Shown here: piece after piece, positions 57,845-64,000 of the stretch | Layout: the number at the start of each line of letters is the position of its first letter | How positions within the stretch are numbered: the first letter of the stretch is position 1 | Assembly (NCBI RefSeq): GCF_009914755.1 | Contig: NC_060927.1 | DNA length: 64,000 bases | Reading direction: 5' to 3' (one strand) | DNA from: the human T2T-CHM13v2.0 reference genome, Homo sapiens | Position numbers and translations under genes: made by a program | Notes under the pieces: generated by a model | Databases searched by the model: none | Seen by the model: the letters and a program-made list of their open reading frames with translations, nothing else | What the model was told of the DNA's origin: nothing

Positions 57845-59260
57845 TTTATTTTTTAAAGCAGGTTTAGGCTTAGAAAATAATTGAGCAGAAAGTACGGAAT
57901 TCTCATATGATTCCTCAGCATCCCCTCTTCCTAGACACAGTTATCCCAATTGTTAATATCTTGCAGTAGTGTGTTGGTACATTTGTTACCATGAGCCAAT
58001 CTTGATACAAAATTGGTGAGCCAATATTGATACAAACTAAAATGAATAGTTTAATATCAGGGTTTGCTCTTTAGGTTGTACATTCTATGGGCTTTGACAA
58101 ATGTATAATAATATGTACCCACTGTTGCAGGGTCATATAGAATAGTTTTACTGCCCTAAAAATCTCTTGTGCCCCACCTATTCATTCCTCCCTACTAAAC
58201 CTCTGGCAACCACTGATCTTTTTACTGTCTCCATAGTTTTGCCTTTTCCAGAATGTCACCTATTTGGAATAGTACAGTATGCAACCTTGTTGGATTGACT
58301 TCTTTCATGTAGCAATATGCAGTGCATTTTCTCCGTGTTCATTTCTTTTTATCATTGACTAGTATTCATTTTTGAAGGGCATTTTTGTTGCTTTCAAGTT
58401 TTGGCAGTTGTGAATAAAGCTGCTCTACATATTTTGGTGCAGGCTTTTTTGTGGACATACATTTCAATTTATTTCAGCAGATACCAAAGTGTGCAATTGC
58501 TGGATAATGTAGTAAGCCTATGTTTAGCTTTGTAGGAAACTGCCAAACTGTCTTTCCAAGGGGCTATATCATTTTTCTTGTCCACCAGTAGTCAATGAAA
58601 CTTTCAGTTGCTCCACATCTTCATCCGCATTTGTTGTCAGTGTTTTGGATTTTAGCTATTCTAATAGAGGTATGTTGGTATTTCATTGTTGTTTGAATCC
58701 GCAGTTCCCCAATGATATATGATGTTTTGCATCTTTTCATATGCTTATTTGCCGTCTATATATTTTATTTGATGTGATATCTGTTCAGCTCTTTCGCCCA
58801 TTTTTAAAATTGAGGGTTTTTTTCTTATTGTTGAGTTGTTAGACGTATTTTTATATTTTGGACACCAATCCTCTATTAGGTAGATGTTTTACAAAATATT
58901 TTCTCTCAGACTATGGCTTTTCATTCTCTTAACAGTACCTCTTGCAGAGCAGAAGTTGTTAATTTTAATGAAATTTGAAAATTAAATCATAATTCAAATC
59001 ATGCTTTTTGTGTCATACCTCAAAAGTTATTGTCAAACCCAAAGTCACTCAGATTTTCTGTTATATTATCTTCTAGAAGTTTTATAGTATAGCATTTTAC
59101 ATTTAGGTCTATGATCCATTCTGAGTTAATTTTCATGAAAAGGATAAGGTCTGTGTTTCGATTTTTTTTTTTTTTTTTTTTTTTGCATGTAGATGTCCAG
59201 TTGTTCCAGCATTGTTTGTTAAGACTCTCTTTTCTCTGTTGAATTGTCTTTTATTTGTCA
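57845..59260 (-). mobile_element. Old L1M (L1MA/MB-type) 3' portion
   Basis: T-rich + strand; ctggcaaccactgatctttttactgtctccatagttttgccttttccagaatgtca and aaactgccaaactgtc are antisense L1M phrases. Confidence 0.85.
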
Positions 59261-59780
59261 TACGATATAGTTTTAATATTGCTTTTTGTGATTAGCATCT
59301 CACTTCTCCACATTAGAATAGCTTTCAAAATTAAGAATACCAAATAACAATGATATTATAGGAGAGCACTGGACTTGGGATTTTTAAAAGTGGGAAGAGA
59401 TTTGAGATGAAAATTTGTCTTTTTCTTCTTAAATGATCTGCAGCAAGATAATTAGCATCTCTGAGCATCAGTTTTTCATCTCTAAAATAGATCTCAAAAG
59501 ATTATTAATATTTCAGACTCTGATAATGTTCTCATTTCCAAAGCTCCCCCATATCGCTATTAACCAAGGGAGACATATTTAAAAATTAAGTGACCCAAGT
59601 TCTCTTTCCCCAGAATCACAGCAGTGAAGTATTTCCTTCATGTTTAATTTTCAATATATTGTCCTTCCCTTTATTAAACTTTGCTAATTGCTTGCCAATC
59701 GAGGGGTTGCAACATCTTCATAGAAAATAAAGAGTTTGAGGAGAGACATTAAATATGCAGTTAAGAAAAGAGTAAATAAG

Positions 59781-60116
<336 letters not shown>

Positions 60117-62744
60117 CTAGCTTTCAAAATAAATCTTGGGACTCTAAATGACAAACTTTTTCCAGTAGAAAAGACTTCTCTCTAATCACTTTCTTTAGGT
60201 GTTTGGGGAGTACTGTTGTAAGCATCATGGTCTTCTGGGGCATATTCTCCTATGTTTTAACTTTTGACATTTAAACTACATTTTAGATTTTGGCATCAAC
60301 CATTTTGTGGTTGAAATTTAATATCTTTTAAAAAAATGCTTCTTCCTAGATTCTTTTAGCAAATTTCAGCAAGATTTCCAGCCTTGTCAAAAATTACTCC
60401 AATGTTTAAGGTTATGAGTCCTTGAGGCTACTGTTGTGTCTCTATCTCCTTTCTTCACTCACCCATACACTAGCTTACATAGTCTTAAAATGAGAGAGCA
60501 ATAATTATTGTCCTCTCTTTTATTTAAAGTGATTGGACTAAACTGAACAGAAACAGAAAGATCTTTGATTTTAATCTTTTAGTATACAAATAGAAAGCAA
60601 TGGGATTTCAAAACTGCTCCACACAAAAATATAATGACAAAGGATTTCTATTAATACACCACTAATAACATGTGTGTAAGGTATATGAACATGACCCCAC
60701 ATTTATACATTAAGAGGGCACATCTCCATAAAATCTCATCTTTATTCTCTCTCCACATTTAAATGAGATAGCAGTTAAACAGCAATAAGGGTTTCCCTTC
60801 CTCCCCATTCTAACACACACACACAAAGACACTGCTGCATTACTGTGGTGAGATAGGTTTATAGGGAAATTTTACAAAAGGATAGGAAATTTGGTGTGGC
60901 TTTGGAAAAGAGAATCAGAGATTCACTCTTTCATTTGGATTGATTTGAAAGGCATGAGAAATCAAGGGAGCAAACATGAGCCAGTGTCTAATTCTGGCTG
61001 CTAGATAGAAATAGGACTCTTAGGAAAAGTGAACATCCTCTAACACCACCATTAGAGATGAATTAAAGGCTAATTATTTAAATTAACCTTTATTTTATTA
61101 TTATTAAATTATTTTAATTATATTTAAATATAATTAAATTTAAATATAATTAAAACAAAACTATTGATTATGGTCCAGTATCCCATTTTTCATTCTTATG
61201 TATGGTATTTCAGCTACATCTTGGCTAAGCAGACTATAGGGACTATCTCAGTAACTACACTTATATGATTGTTTCTTTGGGAAAACACTTCTGAGTTCCA
61301 AACAATGGCATAATCAGGAGTTTGGAGAGCACAGCCCATTTGTAATTTGAGGGACAGTATATGTATGTGTATACACATGTGCATGCCTTTGTGTGTCTCT
61401 GACATTGTGTCCTTATGGAAGATGTCACAGCAGGTTCATAACAAAGGAAATTATTTCAGAGATTGCCAGAATGACCTTGTGGAAGCTCAGGGGACCATTT
61501 CAAGCTAATCCAAGCCAAGACCATTTTTTTTTTGTTAGCATCCTTGAAAGCAGAAAAATAGCAATGTAAATGTCAAGATGCTTCTGCCTTTAACCAAGAA
61601 TAAAGAAAGCAATCCACTAAAAGTACTTTTCAAACACATAAGCTCCCAAAACTTTGCTTTTGAAAGATGTTAGAACCAGTTTATATTTAGGCAAGCAATG
61701 AAATGAGACGGAACTATTAAAAAGCCACATTTCTCAGGTATTATATGATCAGTTTCCAGCTACATATTCAGTACATACATAATTTTAAGAGGTTGAAACC
61801 CAAACCCCCCAAATCACTACAGAATAACAATGATCTCATTATACAGTTTTCATGGTGTTTTAATTAGAGTTGGTTATGTAAGTCCCAAAAGGACCTCATG
61901 TTCCGTGTTTGATTGGGATAATGACTACTTTGTTCAGGTTGTACTTTCTTTTAGTGAGGTGTGGGTGGTCTGAATGGAACTAAAATCCCACCATTGTTTT
62001 TCTTGTCATTAATTCTATGAGCAATGCCTCTGATTTCTTTAGACTATGAAAAAAAACAGTGATTAAGAATTACCATAATGCTTTTAACATATTTTAATAG
62101 CGACCACTTGCACAAAAGAATCTATGTATGCATACAAAATTTTATAATCTATACAATGACAATGTAAAATTTCCAAAAGAAGGTTGAAGACCTGGCTCAT
62201 ATAAAAAATCTTTGTAACGCTGATCATTATATACATTCCCTTTTACCCTTTTATGAATAAATACATACACTAGTTTTATAATTATGTGTCCCTTTAATAT
62301 TTTTAAAGTTTCCATTTCTAAAAGGAGCAGAAAAGCCCCCAAATTTTAAGAAAAACCAGATTAATATGCCAAAATTCAAGCCTCATTTTTTTCACTCATT
62401 TTGTCAATATTAGAACAAAGAACATACCTCATTTTAACAGACAACATTCAAATACAATTTGATTAGACATTTAAAAACTTGTTTTAAAAATTTCAGTTGA
62501 CAATGAAATAAGGATAATTAGTCTGAGATCCAGTCTGCTGGTATCAAAATAGAAATACTTGTGTGTATAACTGTTTGGATTTTATAAAAATGTTTCTTTC
62601 AGTTTTAAGGTGTATTCTCATTTAAAGTGAGAAAAAATTACTGTTGTCATATTTGCAAGTCAAGACCCATTGCCAGTCTGAGGGTGAGTTTTGACTTGAT
62701 GATGCATTGAATAATTAAGACTAACAATAACAACAATACTTTCC

Positions 62745-62950
62745 ATAGAGGATGATTTATGTATGCCAGGCACTGTGCTGCACATTTTTCATGTATTATT
62801 TGTAACACTTCTAACAATCCTGCCAGATTGGTCTTATTATTCCCTTTATACATATAAGAAAACCGAGGCTTAGGAAAAGTTAACATGCGGCAGAAATGGG
62901 ATTCAAACCTAGTTTGTTTTCTCTAAAAACCACCACTCTTTCTACTAGAC
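62745..62950 (-). mobile_element. MIR
   Basis: tatgccaggcactgtgct...ttattattccctttatacatataagaaaaccgaggcttagg...gggattcaaaccta. Confidence 0.75.
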
Positions 62951-64000
62951 AATACTGCATACATTTGATCCAAATTATCCCTAGTTTGCTCAGAAATCAC
63001 CAATAAATTTAATGAGATTATAGTGTTAATATAGCCAGATATGTATAGATTACGTTTTTCACATTTCAGAGTTACATCCCCTAACTTGATAGTGACAAAA
63101 TTGCATCTGTGAGACACCAAATATATCCCTACTTCTGGATAAGAGATATGCCTTATTGTCCTGAATCAATAAAATTATCTTGTCTCAAAATAGTGTCTAT
63201 CCCTTCATGTTTCCGTAAATCTTAGATGTAATTTAAAAAGTAGGCATATTTGTCTGCTAAGTCTCATATACTATACTTAAAATGTTTTTACATAAATAAC
63301 AATATAGTATAGAGGGGGGCTCAGTAGACGGGGATCTTAGAGTTGTGGGCTGAAGACACCAAAAGACTCCAGAATAAGTCACTTAACTTCCATGACATTT
63401 ATTCTCTAATCAATTAAGTAAGAAAAGATAAACTAGTGAATCTCTAAGGTAATGAAAATATTAGCTGATGAAGTATTCATAACTAATACAAATTTACTTC
63501 CATATTTTTAAATGCATTTCAGGGAAATAATTCAATGGGGGAAGAAAAATAATGAAATCTAGGTTCCCTATGAAATCATGTTAGACATTTTAGCATTTGT
63601 TTCTCTCTCCTTTATTTTATCTGCTATTTTATTGTATTTTTATGTGTATAAATATCTTTCTGATTTAATATGATCCAAAGAGAATTAAGAGAAAGGATCA
63701 TGCTGAGTATTTTCTTTGTACTGAAGCACCTAAAACCTCATTTTGCTACATAATGAAACTAAAGTTTCCAATTGCTGTGTAAATCGTGTGTTTAGGAGAT
63801 GAAATGCTCAGGAATCATTTTGCACTTGACATTTTCTAGATTTTGAGTAGCAAAATTTTCTTCTTATAATAAGAAAGTAGATCTGTAAGCCACAAAAAAA
63901 ATACGGAGCAAGTATAGCATATTGAGATGAAACACAAGGAAAGGACAGGGAGCCAATAGGCACGATTCTATAAAGCACACATTTAGTCCTGTACACCATC

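Overview
Primate, almost certainly human, genomic DNA: AT-rich, repeat-dense and almost entirely intronic. Two spliced coding exons on the + strand (34276-34369, 94 nt; 52189-52387, 199 nt) join in frame and translate to LSGEVILQIANEPVLPFNALDIALEVQNNLK-G-DQPNTHQLLAMASRLRESAELFQSDEMRPANDPKERAPIRIRMLNDILQDMEKSFLVKQAPPGFY(R). I recognise this from memory as the C-terminal region of NAALADL2 (likely exons 12 and 13). A frameshifted UBE2V1 processed pseudogene (probably UBE2V1P2) lies antisense in the upstream intron, inserted into the linker of an Alu. The rest is transposon-derived: about 12 Alus, several L1 pieces (one 5'-inverted), a two-LTR THE1A MaLR element, solo LTRs (MER41C, MER57, MER34/39-type, MER4, MLT1/MST, LTR16-like), DNA transposons (MER44A, MER58, MER20, MER2), L2/MIR relics and simple repeats. 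Most ORFs in the supplied track are repeat-derived or chance ORFs. I found no support for a previously undescribed biological system. The findings are small-scale retrotransposition, repair and regulatory observations. Repeat subfamily names come from recalled consensus sequences, not from a search.
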